64,000 bases of DNA from an uncultured Ruminococcus sp. (GCA_964430105.1 CAYSEF010000002.1:10411-74410); one strand, 5' to 3'. Shown: positions 10,860 through 21,483, counted from the first letter of the stretch. Numbers and translations are program-made. Notes: generated from the letters alone by a model not told the origin.

Positions 10860-13478
10860 TTAGCCCAGCTTTTCAATAGCTGCAATAATGCTTTCTTTCT
10901 TTTCCTTATATTTTTCAAGCTTCTGACGTTCAGCATCAACTACAGCAGCAGGAGCACGTCCTACAAAGCCTTCGTTGGAGAGCTTTCCTTCAGCACGCTT
11001 GATTTCGGATTCAACAGTTTTAAGCTCACCCTCAAGTCTCTTGCGTTCTGCTTCAAAGTCAACCATATCTGCAAGCGGAATATGGATAGTCGCAGAGTCT
11101 GTAATGATTCTTACCGCTGTATCATCGTCATAAGAATCGACGATTTCAACGGAGGAAGCAGATGCCATCTTTTCAAAGAAGGATGAAGAATTTTCAAATG
11201 CTGAATTATATTTTGTTTCGATAAATACCTTAGCCTTACGAGATGGAACTACGCCCATTTCGGAACGACGTACACGAATAGCACGGATAGCATCGATAAC
11301 CTTAGCCATATCAGCAGATTCTGTTGTAAATACAAGAGCCTCGCTGTATTCAGGGTAATCCTTTATCATGATGCTTCCATCTTCACCGGGCAGACCGGAG
11401 TAAATTTCTTCGGTAATGAACGGCATAAACGGATGGAGAAGCTTGAGAGTTTCACGAAGAACGTATGCAAGTACATTCTGTGCGCACTCACCTCTTTCGC
11501 CACCTGCTGAAACGGAAGGCTTAGAAAGCTCAATATACCAGTCGCAATAGATATCCCAAACGAAATCGTAAATTGAGGACAGAGCAACACCGATTTCGTA
11601 CTTATCGAGGTTAGCTGTTACAGACTGAACTGTTTCTTCAAACTTAGTGAGAATCCACTTATCCTCTGCAGCCAGCTTATCAGCTTCCGGAAGCTTGATT
11701 TCATCTATAGTAAGGTTCATCATTACGAAACGTGCCGCATTCCACAGCTTATTCGCAAAGTTTCTTGCCGCTTCAATCTTTTCATCGGAGAAGCGCATAT
11801 CGTTTCCGGGGCTATTACCTGTTGCAAGTGCAAATCTAAGCGCATCAGCACCGTATTTGTCAATAATTTCAAGTGGGTCGATACCGTTTCCGAGAGATTT
11901 TGACATTTTTCTGCCCTGAGCATCACGAACAAGACCGTGAATAAGAACTGTATCGAACGGAATCTGATCGGTATATTCGAGAGCTGAGAAAATCATTCGG
12001 GAAACCCAGAATGTGATGATATCGTAGCCTGTAACAAGTGTATTTGTCGGATAGAAATACTTCAGATCCTCTGTTTCTTCAGGCCATCCGAGTGTTGAGA
12101 AGGGCCAAAGAGCTGAGGAGAACCATGTATCAAGTGTATCGGGATCCTGAGTCATATGACCGCCACACTTCGGGCAAACCTCACAGCCATCGGCAGAAAC
12201 TACTGTATGACCGCAGGAATCGCAGTAATAAGCAGGAATTCTATGACCCCACCAAAGCTGACGTGAGATACACCAGTCCTGTGTATTTTCCATCCAGTGG
12301 AAGTAGTTTTTATCGAATCTTTCGGGAACGAACTTGATTCTGCCGTCACGAACAGCTTCAATAGCAGGCTTTGCAAGGGGTTCCATACGAACGAACCACT
12401 GAAGACTTACCATTGGCTCAATAGTTGTACCGCAACGATAGCAAGTACCTACCTCGTGATTGAGGTCTTCGATTTCGGCAAGATATCCGCCTTCACGCAG
12501 GTCGTTTACGATAGCTTTTCTTGCTTCGTAGCGATCCATACCGGCATATTTAGGATAATTTTCGGTTATCTTTGCATCTTCTGTGAGAACTACCTCCATA
12601 GGAAGATGACATCTGCGACCTACTTCAAAGTCGTTCGGGTCATGTGCAGGAGTTATCTTAACGCAGCCTGTACCCTTATCAAGCTGAGCGTGTTCATCAG
12701 CAACGATCGGAATTCTTCTGCCAACAAGGGGAAGAACAACATACTTGCCGATCATATCCTTATAGCGTTCGTCATTCGGGTTTACTGCAACAGCTGTGTC
12801 ACCAAGGAGAGTTTCCGGTCTTGTTGTAGCAACTTCAACATATCCGCCGCCACCAACGAGAGGATAACGGATATGCCAAAAATGACCATTCTGTTCTTCG
12901 TAATCAACTTCCGCATTAGAGATAGAAGTCTTGCAATGCGGACACCAGTTGATGATTCTTTCGCCACGATAGATAAGGCCCTTATCGTAGAGCTGAGCAA
13001 ATACCTTACGAACAGCAGCGGAGCAACCTTCGTCCAAGGTAAAGCGTTCTCTTGACCAGTCGCAGGAGGAGCCCATTTTTTTGAGCTGTTCAATAATACG
13101 ACCGCCATACTGCTTTTTCCAATCCCATGCACGTTCAAGGAACTTTTCACGTCCGAGGTCTTCCTTAGTCAGGCCTTCCTTACGCATTGCTTCAACAATT
13201 TTTGCTTCAGTTGCGATAGAGGCGTGGTCAGTACCGGGAAGCCAAAGTGTGCAGAAGCCCTTCATACGCTTATAGCGGATAAGGATATCCTGCAATGTAT
13301 TATCAAGTGCATGACCCATATGGAGCTGACCGGTGATGTTCGGCGGGGGAATTACGATAGAATAATGCTGTTTTGAATGATCAATGGTGGGAGTAAACAG
13401 CTTCTGCTCACACCAATCATTGTAAATTCGCTCTTCAAATTCAGAAGGCGAATATGTCTTTGGCAGTTCTTTTCTCAT
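10860..13478 (-). CDS. valS: Valine--tRNA ligase
   Basis: 872 aa. HIGH-type motif (LHMGH), KMSKS and a C-terminal coiled coil. Confidence 0.97.
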   Translation of the reverse strand: MRKELPKTYSPSEFEERIYNDWCEQKLFTPTIDHSKQHYSIVIPPPNITGQLHMGHALDNTLQDILIRYKRMKGFCTLWLPGTDHASIATEAKIVEAMRKEGLTKEDLGREKFLERAWDWKKQYGGRIIEQLKKMGSSCDWSRERFTLDEGCSAAVRKVFAQLYDKGLIYRGERIINWCPHCKTSISNAEVDYEEQNGHFWHIRYPLVGGGGYVEVATTRPETLLGDTAVAVNPNDERYKDMIGKYVVLPLVGRRIPIVADEHAQLDKGTGCVKITPAHDPNDFEVGRRCHLPMEVVLTEDAKITENYPKYAGMDRYEARKAIVNDLREGGYLAEIEDLNHEVGTCYRCGTTIEPMVSLQWFVRMEPLAKPAIEAVRDGRIKFVPERFDKNYFHWMENTQDWCISRQLWWGHRIPAYYCDSCGHTVVSADGCEVCPKCGGHMTQDPDTLDTWFSSALWPFSTLGWPEETEDLKYFYPTNTLVTGYDIITFWVSRMIFSALEYTDQIPFDTVLIHGLVRDAQGRKMSKSLGNGIDPLEIIDKYGADALRFALATGNSPGNDMRFSDEKIEAARNFANKLWNAARFVMMNLTIDEIKLPEADKLAAEDKWILTKFEETVQSVTANLDKYEIGVALSSIYDFVWDIYCDWYIELSKPSVSAGGERGECAQNVLAYVLRETLKLLHPFMPFITEEIYSGLPGEDGSIMIKDYPEYSEALVFTTESADMAKVIDAIRAIRVRRSEMGVVPSRKAKVFIETKYNSAFENSSSFFEKMASASSVEIVDSYDDDTAVRIITDSATIHIPLADMVDFEAERKRLEGELKTVESEIKRAEGKLSNEGFVGRAPAAVVDAERQKLEKYKEKKESIIAAIEKLG

Positions 13479-13539
13479 ATATAAGAAATCCTTTCGGGTG
13501 TTTTTCGTGAAAACAAAATTTTGTGTATAATAATATATT

Positions 13540-13790
13540 CTGGAACAAAAAAACGTCCCATTTCAACTGAAACAGGACGCAAATAAGCGCGGTACCACCT
13601 GAATTTACGGAAAAACCGTACACTCAACTCCCGTAACGAGGGAAAACGCCGTATGCTATTTTAATTTGACATACGGAACTCAGGGACGACCTTCGGAAAA
13701 CTCTGCCACAGTGTTCACACCAACCACTGTTCTCTGGGCGCAGTCAACTCTCCTACTCCTTCCCGTCAATGTTTCTTTCTTATTAAGTTA
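13540..13790 (-). promoter_or_regulatory. T-box leader (tRNA-sensing riboswitch) of valS
   Basis: On the minus strand, the conserved T-box sequence AGGTGGTACCGCG (complement of 13588-13600) is followed by terminator GCGTCC...GGACG plus U7 (13546-13581). GGUCGUCC with two GUC (Val) triplets at 13684-13691 is a candidate specifier region. Confidence 0.85.
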
Positions 13791-13796
13791 CATTAC

Positions 13797-13825
13797 ATTA
13801 TAACATGAATCCAAAAGCTTGTCAA
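13797..13825 (-). promoter_or_regulatory. Sigma-A type promoter of the valS T-box leader
   Basis: TTGACA (13825-13820), a 17-nt spacer, then TATAAT (13802-13797), read on the minus strand. Confidence 0.7.
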
Positions 13826-13898
13826 GAAATTTGTCAAACAAATAATTTCTTAAACCTGTTCAAAAATTTCATCCGCAAGCTACACATGAATCGCAACA

Positions 13899-14327
13899 TC
13901 ATTGCTGTGCAAGTCTTGCCATTGCCTGTGCCTGCATCGATTCAGGAGGAAGCTGCATCAGCTCGATTTTGTTTCCGTCAGGATCGTGAGTCCAGAACTG
14001 AATGCATTTCGCCTTACCTACAACAATATCAGTGTCGATAGGTGCACCTTTTTTCTTCAAATCCTCAAAGGCAGTATTCACGTCATCCACTTCAAGGCAA
14101 ATGTGCTGGAATCCTATGATTTTATCGCCTGTTTCCTGATTTTCAACTCCATTTGGGAACAGCTCAATAAACTGCCCCGGTGCGATATAAACGTAAACGA
14201 TATACGGCTTACCGTCCGAGCCTAAAAGACGGAACGCTTCCTTGAGTCCGAGTGTTTCCGTATAGAACTTCAAGCTTTCGTCAAGATTCTTCGTGCGAAT
14301 TGCAATATGTCCGAGATTTTTTATCAT
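13899..14327 (-). CDS. VOC (glyoxalase/bleomycin-resistance/dioxygenase) family protein
   Basis: MIKNLGHIAIRTKNLDESLKFYTETLGL..., HICLEVDD. The ATG at 14327 follows AAGGTGA. Confidence 0.8.
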   Translation of the reverse strand: MIKNLGHIAIRTKNLDESLKFYTETLGLKEAFRLLGSDGKPYIVYVYIAPGQFIELFPNGVENQETGDKIIGFQHICLEVDDVNTAFEDLKKKGAPIDTDIVVGKAKCIQFWTHDPDGNKIELMQLPPESMQAQAMARLAQQ

Positions 14328-14416
14328 ATCTATCACCTTATTTTTATCATATTAATCAGAAAACGGAGATACCGTATTAAGATATCCCCGATTTTTCTGA
14401 TCAATTTTAAGCTAAT

Positions 14417-15964
14417 TTATTTATCAAGGAATTTTTCAGAATTCTTGATAAGGCTTTGCAGTGTCTTTTCTGCAACCTTGTTCATCGCCTTTGCCTTTGA
14501 TGAGAATGTGCCGTCATTATTCATAATCGGAGAAGCGTAAGTAGCTTCAAGGAAGTCACCAACATAGGAAGCATACGCAAGAGCGAACGCATTACCGAAG
14601 TTATCATGGATAATATCGATCATCTGAGCAGAGGAGGAGTCACGAGTATACTTAACCTTCAGAGAGGATTCGTAGTAAACCGGAAGTACCTGCTTATAGG
14701 TTTCACGGCAGAGAACTTCAATTACAGTGGTAACGAAGTCAATGCGATCTTCGGGAACTGTAATCGGAATAAATCCAAGCTCGGAGGTATCGTGAACGGA
14801 AGTAATATAGTTAGCCTGATTTTCGTCAAGTTTCGGATAAGGAAGTACTGCAAGACCGATATCAGCATCACGAATTGCTTCACTTTCGAGAGTACCAAGT
14901 CTTTGGTAGCCAAGGAAGAGGGACTGTCCCTGAGTGAACATTGTAACGACAGTAGCTTCATCAAATACACTGGAGCTATTATAAGGTGCATTATATAATT
15001 CAGTGAGCTTTTCTACCATCTGAACAGAGCGTTCAGTCTGAATATTCAGTGAAGGATAGCCGTTTTCATCTCTAAGGGTATAATCAGGGTCACAGCTGAT
15101 AAGGAAAGGAATCAGCGGTCCCCATGAAGTTGTCAAAATAATACCATACTGGTCGCCACCATCTGCTGTACCATCACCATTTACGTCGATATAGCCATTA
15201 GAAGTGAGGCTGTTGAGCTTATCAATAGTCCATTCGTTATTGATAACGGTGGTATAAACCTCTTCTGGGTCGCCGAGCTGGAGATTGGTATACACATCCT
15301 TGTTCATGTAGAGAGCATGGGATGTACGGAGTAGGTCAATAAAGAAGTCGCCTGCGAGAGCGAATCTAAGTTCGTTACTGAGTGAGATATCAGCCATGAA
15401 ATCATCGTACCACCACGGAGCATCGTAGTCAAAGTTCTCAATGTGCGACACATTATAGAAAAGACCTTCTGAGGATATCGGAACAAGACCGAGCATATCG
15501 TTGATAATGAGGTCGTATGTAGTGTCACCTGTCTGAATAAGTGTACGAATTTCGCCGGCAGTCTTACTCCAGCTGTAATCATAGGGTTCAAATTGAAGCT
15601 TTACATCAAGTGAATCCATAACAGTAAGGTTACGGTCATACGCAGCATCAGACGCAGCATCACCTGTGTAGGTTTCCGGACCTTCGATAAGATAGGTTGA
15701 AGCAGGCATAGTTGTTGCGGCAGCATTTACGGAATTATGTACCATAAAGGTCTTGCCGTCAAACTTTACATCAGCAAATGGATCTACATATCCTTCATAA
15801 TATGGATTTTCGGTTTCTGTTGCGGTCTCCTCGTTTACGGAATCACTACTGTCCTGAGGTCCATTACCGTTATTTGTTCCATTGTTTCCAGATTCGGCAC
15901 ATGAAGCGAGCACGGTAGGAGTGAGCATAAGGAGCGCAAGGATAAGGGACAGAGTCTTTTTCAT
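14417..15964 (-). CDS. Extracellular solute-binding lipoprotein (large CUT1-type sugar ABC binding protein)
   Basis: Lipobox LASC after a signal peptide, a Gly/Asn/Ser linker, ~515 aa, and position next to the permease pair. Confidence 0.75.
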   Translation of the reverse strand: MKKTLSLILALLMLTPTVLASCAESGNNGTNNGNGPQDSSDSVNEETATETENPYYEGYVDPFADVKFDGKTFMVHNSVNAAATTMPASTYLIEGPETYTGDAASDAAYDRNLTVMDSLDVKLQFEPYDYSWSKTAGEIRTLIQTGDTTYDLIINDMLGLVPISSEGLFYNVSHIENFDYDAPWWYDDFMADISLSNELRFALAGDFFIDLLRTSHALYMNKDVYTNLQLGDPEEVYTTVINNEWTIDKLNSLTSNGYIDVNGDGTADGGDQYGIILTTSWGPLIPFLISCDPDYTLRDENGYPSLNIQTERSVQMVEKLTELYNAPYNSSSVFDEATVVTMFTQGQSLFLGYQRLGTLESEAIRDADIGLAVLPYPKLDENQANYITSVHDTSELGFIPITVPEDRIDFVTTVIEVLCRETYKQVLPVYYESSLKVKYTRDSSSAQMIDIIHDNFGNAFALAYASYVGDFLEATYASPIMNNDGTFSSKAKAMNKVAEKTLQSLIKNSEKFLDK

Positions 15965-16036
15965 CTTTCTTCTCCTTTTGATTAAATTTAACGTTCAATA
16001 GTAAATATAAAACAAATTATAAATACTTGTTAACAC

Positions 16037-16065
16037 ATTATAGCACATATTCACAAGCGTGTCAA
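16037..16065 (-). promoter_or_regulatory. Sigma-A type promoter for the 515-aa binding protein gene
   Basis: TTGACA (16065-16060), 17 nt, then TATAAT (16042-16037) on the minus strand. Confidence 0.7.
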
Positions 16066-16178
16066 TGATTTTTTTATCATTTTGTATATTTTCCACACCT
16101 TAAAATGTTCCTTTCACCCAATTATCACATTTATTAAAAGCATACGCTCTATTAGATGAAACTGTCACCCGAAAAAAT

Positions 16179-16214
16179 ACAAAAAAGCCATACCCAAAGA
16201 ATTGAGCATGGCTT
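16179..16214 (-). terminator. Intrinsic terminator ending the long ABC operon
   Basis: AAGCCAT/ATGGCTT stem with a U-run on the minus strand (A-run 16179-16186 on plus). Confidence 0.6.
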
Positions 16215-16230
16215 GATTTTGTTAACCGTA

Positions 16231-17292
16231 TTAGTCCGCGGTAAGACCGGAGCGAGAAATACCTTCAACGATATATCTCTGACCGAAGAGGTACAGTACA
16301 ATCAGCGGAGCAATTATCAACAACGACGCTGTGTTATTAATAGCTGCTGTATACAGCGACTGTCCCGCATAGTTGGTATCAAGCGACTTCGGAACCTTAA
16401 CGATATCCGGGAGAAGCTTATCACCACCTGTGGTGAAGAACAGATCGGTGTAGAAGTTGTCAGTCCACTGCCAGCAGAATGAGAACATAAATACTGTTAC
16501 GAGCATTGTTACGGACAGAGGAATGATAATGCTGAAGAATGTACGGAATACGCCTGAACCATCAAGGTAAGCGGATTCTTCAAGTTCATCCGGGATACTG
16601 GAACGGAAGAACTGACGGAGCATGAAGATGAACAGACCGTTCTTATAACCGAGACCAGTGATCGAGAGGATGTACAGAGGCCAGTTGGTGTTAATGAAGT
16701 TGATAGAAGTTACACCGCCCGTGATATCAAGTGCATCAATTACACCACCACCGAGGAGGTTGATTACACCGAGAACGTCGAAGTAACGGAACTTCATGAA
16801 CAGGGACAACTGAAGTGTAGAGTGCGGAACTACCATCGTAAAGATTACGCACAAGAAGAGCAGATTATTACCCTTGAACTTGAACTTTGCAAAACCATAT
16901 GCAACGAAGCAGCAGATGAATGTCTGGATAAGACCACATCCGAGAGAAAGGAGGAAGGTATTAAGCAGAGCAGTAAAGTAGCCGTTGTCGGTAATAATAG
17001 CTTTGTATGTGCCAAGTGTAGGATGCTTTGGAACAAGTCGCACGGTAACGTCAACGAAGTCTTCCGGAGCCATAAACGAAGAGGAAATCTTCGAGAAGAA
17101 CGGGAAGAGGATTACGTAAGAGATACCGAGCAGAAGGAGGAAGCGGAAAATGTACCACGCAACTTTCTGGAGAGTGTAAAGGTTAATAACCTTTGCCTTA
17201 ATTCTTTCCAGTAAAGGTGTACGTTCAAATTCAACCTTGATCTTGTTCTTGGTTTCTTTTGTTACTTTAGGTGTAGTCTGAGCGTTATTCAT
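16231..17292 (-). CDS. Carbohydrate ABC transporter permease (MalG/LplC-like)
   Basis: Polytopic. EAA-type loop ...EESAYLDGSGVFRTFFSIIIP... Confidence 0.9.
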   Translation of the reverse strand: MNNAQTTPKVTKETKNKIKVEFERTPLLERIKAKVINLYTLQKVAWYIFRFLLLLGISYVILFPFFSKISSSFMAPEDFVDVTVRLVPKHPTLGTYKAIITDNGYFTALLNTFLLSLGCGLIQTFICCFVAYGFAKFKFKGNNLLFLCVIFTMVVPHSTLQLSLFMKFRYFDVLGVINLLGGGVIDALDITGGVTSINFINTNWPLYILSITGLGYKNGLFIFMLRQFFRSSIPDELEESAYLDGSGVFRTFFSIIIPLSVTMLVTVFMFSFCWQWTDNFYTDLFFTTGGDKLLPDIVKVPKSLDTNYAGQSLYTAAINNTASLLIIAPLIVLYLFGQRYIVEGISRSGLTAD

Positions 17293-17309
17293 TTATCTTT
17301 CCTCCTTTC

Positions 17310-18311
17310 TTAGTCTTTTCGCTGATAGAATACGAACGCACTGAGAATACCTGCTACAGCTGCAATGATAAGGATAACGATGAGGAAGTACATCCAAGAC
17401 ATCGCAGAGCTGAGTACGTTACCGTCTGCCTGAGAGTATACACCACTGATATACGACATTACGGCGTTATCAGATGACGTAAACGCATCGATGATTGTAT
17501 AAATGGTATTAACCAAGATCATCGGGCTTACCATCGGGAGAGTGATTTTCCAGAAGGTTTCCCAACCGGAAGCACCGTCGATAGAGCAGGATTCATAGAT
17601 AGCGGGAGAGATGGACTGAAGACCGGAAAGGAAGATAAGCATCTGTACGCCACAACGGTTTACGATATTAAAGATATTGTTAACCATGTCTACAACGTAA
17701 GTTACGATTTCAGTACCGATCATCATGTTCGAGAAGAGTCTTTCAACGTCCATTACAGATACGATCTGTGTAGCTGTTGAAGTCTGACCGGAACCATTGT
17801 CGATACCTTCACTACCTTCCATGTATTCAGAAAGGGTGTTTGCTGCGTCGATATCGGAAATAAGACCGGTAGTAAGGATAACCGGGATGAAGAAGATTGC
17901 ACGGAACGCTGCACGACCTGCGATCTTCTGGTTAAGAACGATAGCAACGAAGAGTGAGAAAATTACGATTGAGGGGATATCGAGTATAAGCTGCTGCAGA
18001 CCGGATACAAGCGTTGTTACATAAGAAGTATCAACGAACAATGCATTTGAGTAGTTCTGCCAACCTACGAATATCAGCTCATAACCACCTCCCACGAGAA
18101 TTTTAATCTCGTGGAAAGAGTATTTGATAGAGTCAAAAATGATTGGAAGGTAGATAAGTAAGAAGCCGATGATAAACGGGAGTACGAAAATCCAGCCAGC
18201 TCTTGCCTTTTTAACGTCAAGAGAAGCGCCACGACGTCTCTTTTTACCGGGAGCATCGATCTGAATCTTCTGCTTTTTTCCACCTTTGCCAGCGTCAATG
18301 TTTAAGTTCAT
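17310..18311 (-). CDS. Carbohydrate ABC transporter permease (MalF/LplB-like)
   Basis: Polytopic. ...YESCSIDGASGWETFWKITLPM... EAA loop. Confidence 0.9.
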   Translation of the reverse strand: MNLNIDAGKGGKKQKIQIDAPGKKRRRGASLDVKKARAGWIFVLPFIIGFLLIYLPIIFDSIKYSFHEIKILVGGGYELIFVGWQNYSNALFVDTSYVTTLVSGLQQLILDIPSIVIFSLFVAIVLNQKIAGRAAFRAIFFIPVILTTGLISDIDAANTLSEYMEGSEGIDNGSGQTSTATQIVSVMDVERLFSNMMIGTEIVTYVVDMVNNIFNIVNRCGVQMLIFLSGLQSISPAIYESCSIDGASGWETFWKITLPMVSPMILVNTIYTIIDAFTSSDNAVMSYISGVYSQADGNVLSSAMSWMYFLIVILIIAAVAGILSAFVFYQRKD

Positions 18312-18329
18312 GAATGCACTCCCCTTTCT

Positions 18330-21300
18330 TTAGTCTATTCTTACGAAGTTAAGAGAAGGAATGGTGTAAATTACGCCACCAACTTCAACGATAACGTCGT
18401 AGGAGTTATAGTTAAGAATGAAGTTTACGCCGCCTTCGTATTCAACACGGACAATGGAGCCTCTTACAGTTGCATACTTGTCGATGATAACCTTTTCTTC
18501 TTCAACTTCTTCGATGATTTCTTCACCGAATTCGTTTACAGCAACACCGGTTTCGTCGTCTACAACTGTTTCTTCAACAGTTTCTTCGATAGCGGTATCA
18601 TCTGTTGTAGCTTCGTCAACTACAGCATCAGCAGCGCCGTTAAGAGCTGCCATACGTTCAGCGAATTTTTGTGCTCTTTCTTCTTCAAGGCGAGCAGCTT
18701 CTTCTTCAGCGGCAATTGCTGCTGCTGCTGCTTCTGCTGCAAGTCTATCAGCTTCAAGTTCATCTGCATCGGGAACACGCTGACCGTCAAGGAACTCGTG
18801 GTCTACGATATACGAAGTCTGGAGGTCCTTAGTTGCTTCATTGAGAGTTGTGTAATACTTAACAAGGTCTTCCTTCCAAATATCATAAGATACTGAATAG
18901 TACTTGCTGAGGGAGAAGTCTTCCTTAAGCTCGTTGGTGTTCTGGTAGGAGAGGATGAAGTACATAGCCGCGCCATTTTCGATAGCGTGAAGAATGGACT
19001 CATTGATATCGCCTTCCATGTTTGTAGCGGAACCGGTAAATACCTTAGAACCGTGGTAAACCATACCAAGGAACGGGATGGAATCACTTGCCTTAACGTA
19101 CTTAGAAGATGTAAGTGAAGTATTGAGGATTATGTCAGCATAAGGAACCGCATAGGAGTTACCGCCTTCGATCATAACGCTTTCATAATCGTTGGAAATT
19201 CTTTCGAGGAGTTCTACAGTGAACTGCTTGTTATCTTCGCGGTGGTAAGGTTCATCTTCGTCAAAGTCGGAGTTGAGGTCAGTACCGAGCGTAGAAACAG
19301 AGATCGAGCTATTGCCGTATTCACTGTAAATAGGTGCGAACTTATCATAGAAATGATAGTAGTATGCGGGAGAGATCGCAATCGAGAAGGATCTGTCGAA
19401 GCTCTGGGTTGCGGGGTCATACGCACGTCTTGTTGTATAACGGTCGTCGATAGTCTTTATAGCATGCTTTCTGAGGCTAAGACCATCGAAAGCATCCATG
19501 CTGTTAGCATAAGCGAAGTCGAAGTCGGGATATACACCGAAATCATTTTCAGCTGCATAAGCTGCAAGTTCCTTGAAGCCTTCATTGCCGCCAACAACAT
19601 CGAGCCACTTAACCTTATAAGGCATTGTAGCCTGCATACCGCCGTTAGCATAGCCATTCAGCTTGAAGTTGACATTGCCTACACCAAGCTCATTGAGTTC
19701 GGACTGCATTGTCTTAATATCTTCAAAGGTTGTAAGAGGCTTATCAACGGTGATCGGGAAGGAGAATACACGTTCAACGTCTTCGATAGAACCGAAGGTT
19801 TCGATATAGAGCGGGATATCTTCCTTAGTATTTTCAAGCTTTGTGAGAACACCCTTCTGAGTGAAGTAATCACGATAAGCAAGAGCCATACCTTCCCATT
19901 CAGCTGCAAAGTATTCGCCTTCCTTAAGACCTGCTTCTTCAGCGAGAACAGGGTCACGGAGGAAGATATACTGAATACGATAGCTGTCGGTATATTTTCT
20001 CTTAGAGGTTACAGTCCATGTTGCATTACCGCTGACTGAGATAGAATCCGCGAGGTTATACTGGTCAGACGGACGAGGTGTAAACATAGGATATACTGTA
20101 TTGTACGGATGGAGAGTACCACCGCAATGAGCCATAAGAGATGCGAGGGAGTCACCTTCTGTAATTATAGCGAGGAAGCCGTTTGAAACAGTAGGAAGTT
20201 CAACTTCTTCTACTTCCTCTTCAACTACAACAGGAGCAGTAACAGCAGCGCCTGCAACAGGAAGGGGAGTAGTAGTGGTTTCTTCTTCAACTACAACAGT
20301 TTCTTCAACTTCGGGCTGAATGGTACGGTTAGTAACAACGCCGTAATAAGGCATTCTCATAACTTCAGCGTGCTGACCGCTGATTTCGTGGTAAGCGTAG
20401 TCTTCGCCGTAGATCTTACTAGCGAGGTTTACGGTAGTACCGGCAAAATCTTCAAAGCGGATGAGCGCACCGGAACCATCGGGAATTACAGAATAACCGG
20501 TGTATTCATTGCTACCAGCATCGAAGTAAGGAAGCATGGTAACAGTCTTGAACTGATAAGCGGATTCGTCGAATTCGATACCGTTTGCAGGAAGTCTTAC
20601 TTCAACGCCGTTATCATTGATGGTGTATTCGAGGGACATACGGAATCTCGGCGGAGCAGCATCATCACCGGTATACTTGGTGAGATCATGGTCGTATTCG
20701 AGTTCTTCGTATGTATATGCGGGGCAGTAGGTTTTAATGATGTTTTCAAGTTCACGAAGCTCTCTAGCACCGATGTTCGGGTCACAAACATAAACAGGCA
20801 TTTCAAGAGTGATCGGGAACTGAGCATTCATTTCAGCTACAAGACGCTCGGTAAGCTTCGGGTCGTCCTTATCCTTCTCGGTATAGAAGGAAGTGAGCTT
20901 CTGATAGTGGAAGTCATTATCGATATTAGCGAGAACGAGTTCTTCAAAGCGGTCGGTTCTGATAAGACGAGGAACAAGACGGGTAGTCTGTTCTTCACCA
21001 AGGGTATATTCTACACGAATACCCTTCTTGATGTTCTTCTGGATGATCTGACCACGGAGAGCAGCCTCTTTATAGCTCTGCATTGTCTTCTGAACTTCGT
21101 TTTCAAGGAAGGTAATGCTAAGCTGAGAGAGAAGCTCCTGCTTTACGGAATCAGAAATTGTCTGATAACCGGAAGCGATATCATAGGGGTTTGTGAAATG
21201 AGCCTGGCCGGTAACGGTATCAACGAAAGCTACTTCACCGGTGAACTCTTCATAATAAATTTGAATGCCTTTTTCTTCCTTGAGGAAGACCATGTCAGCA

Positions 21301-21461
21301 AGCTTATCTTCAGCGGTTGCGTAATTCTTGGTAAGGTAATCGATGATCGGGTCACCGTTATCATTTACCTTATCAGACCACGCTGCGTCTGCAGAAACCA
21401 CAAGGGAACCGAGAAGCATAACCAGAGTCAAGAATGCTGATACAATTCTTTTCATACTCAT
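18330..21461 (-). CDS. Large secreted protein of unknown function (~1043 aa) with an acidic/Ala-rich C-terminal linker
   Basis: Signal peptide MSMKRIVSAFLTLVMLLGSLVVSADA. The ATG at 21461 follows GGAGAAAA. There are no catalytic motifs I can name. From memory, comparable proteins in such loci are annotated DUF5696 (not verifiable here). Confidence 0.7.
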   Translation of the reverse strand: MSMKRIVSAFLTLVMLLGSLVVSADAAWSDKVNDNGDPIIDYLTKNYATAEDKLADMVFLKEEKGIQIYYEEFTGEVAFVDTVTGQAHFTNPYDIASGYQTISDSVKQELLSQLSITFLENEVQKTMQSYKEAALRGQIIQKNIKKGIRVEYTLGEEQTTRLVPRLIRTDRFEELVLANIDNDFHYQKLTSFYTEKDKDDPKLTERLVAEMNAQFPITLEMPVYVCDPNIGARELRELENIIKTYCPAYTYEELEYDHDLTKYTGDDAAPPRFRMSLEYTINDNGVEVRLPANGIEFDESAYQFKTVTMLPYFDAGSNEYTGYSVIPDGSGALIRFEDFAGTTVNLASKIYGEDYAYHEISGQHAEVMRMPYYGVVTNRTIQPEVEETVVVEEETTTTPLPVAGAAVTAPVVVEEEVEEVELPTVSNGFLAIITEGDSLASLMAHCGGTLHPYNTVYPMFTPRPSDQYNLADSISVSGNATWTVTSKRKYTDSYRIQYIFLRDPVLAEEAGLKEGEYFAAEWEGMALAYRDYFTQKGVLTKLENTKEDIPLYIETFGSIEDVERVFSFPITVDKPLTTFEDIKTMQSELNELGVGNVNFKLNGYANGGMQATMPYKVKWLDVVGGNEGFKELAAYAAENDFGVYPDFDFAYANSMDAFDGLSLRKHAIKTIDDRYTTRRAYDPATQSFDRSFSIAISPAYYYHFYDKFAPIYSEYGNSSISVSTLGTDLNSDFDEDEPYHREDNKQFTVELLERISNDYESVMIEGGNSYAVPYADIILNTSLTSSKYVKASDSIPFLGMVYHGSKVFTGSATNMEGDINESILHAIENGAAMYFILSYQNTNELKEDFSLSKYYSVSYDIWKEDLVKYYTTLNEATKDLQTSYIVDHEFLDGQRVPDADELEADRLAAEAAAAAIAAEEEAARLEEERAQKFAERMAALNGAADAVVDEATTDDTAIEETVEETVVDDETGVAVNEFGEEIIEEVEEEKVIIDKYATVRGSIVRVEYEGGVNFILNYNSYDVIVEVGGVIYTIPSLNFVRID

Positions 21462-21483
21462 ATCTATTTTCTCCTCTCTCTGT

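Noticed and set aside
12297-13055. Long antisense ORFs inside valS. The same phenomenon occurs at 19242-20039, 20370-21440, 25475-26332, 31078-31611 and 49504-50232.
   Set aside because: They lie antisense to strongly supported genes, have low-complexity or Cys/Phe/Ile-rich translations and no RBS. These are typical stop-poor shadow frames of codon-biased genes.
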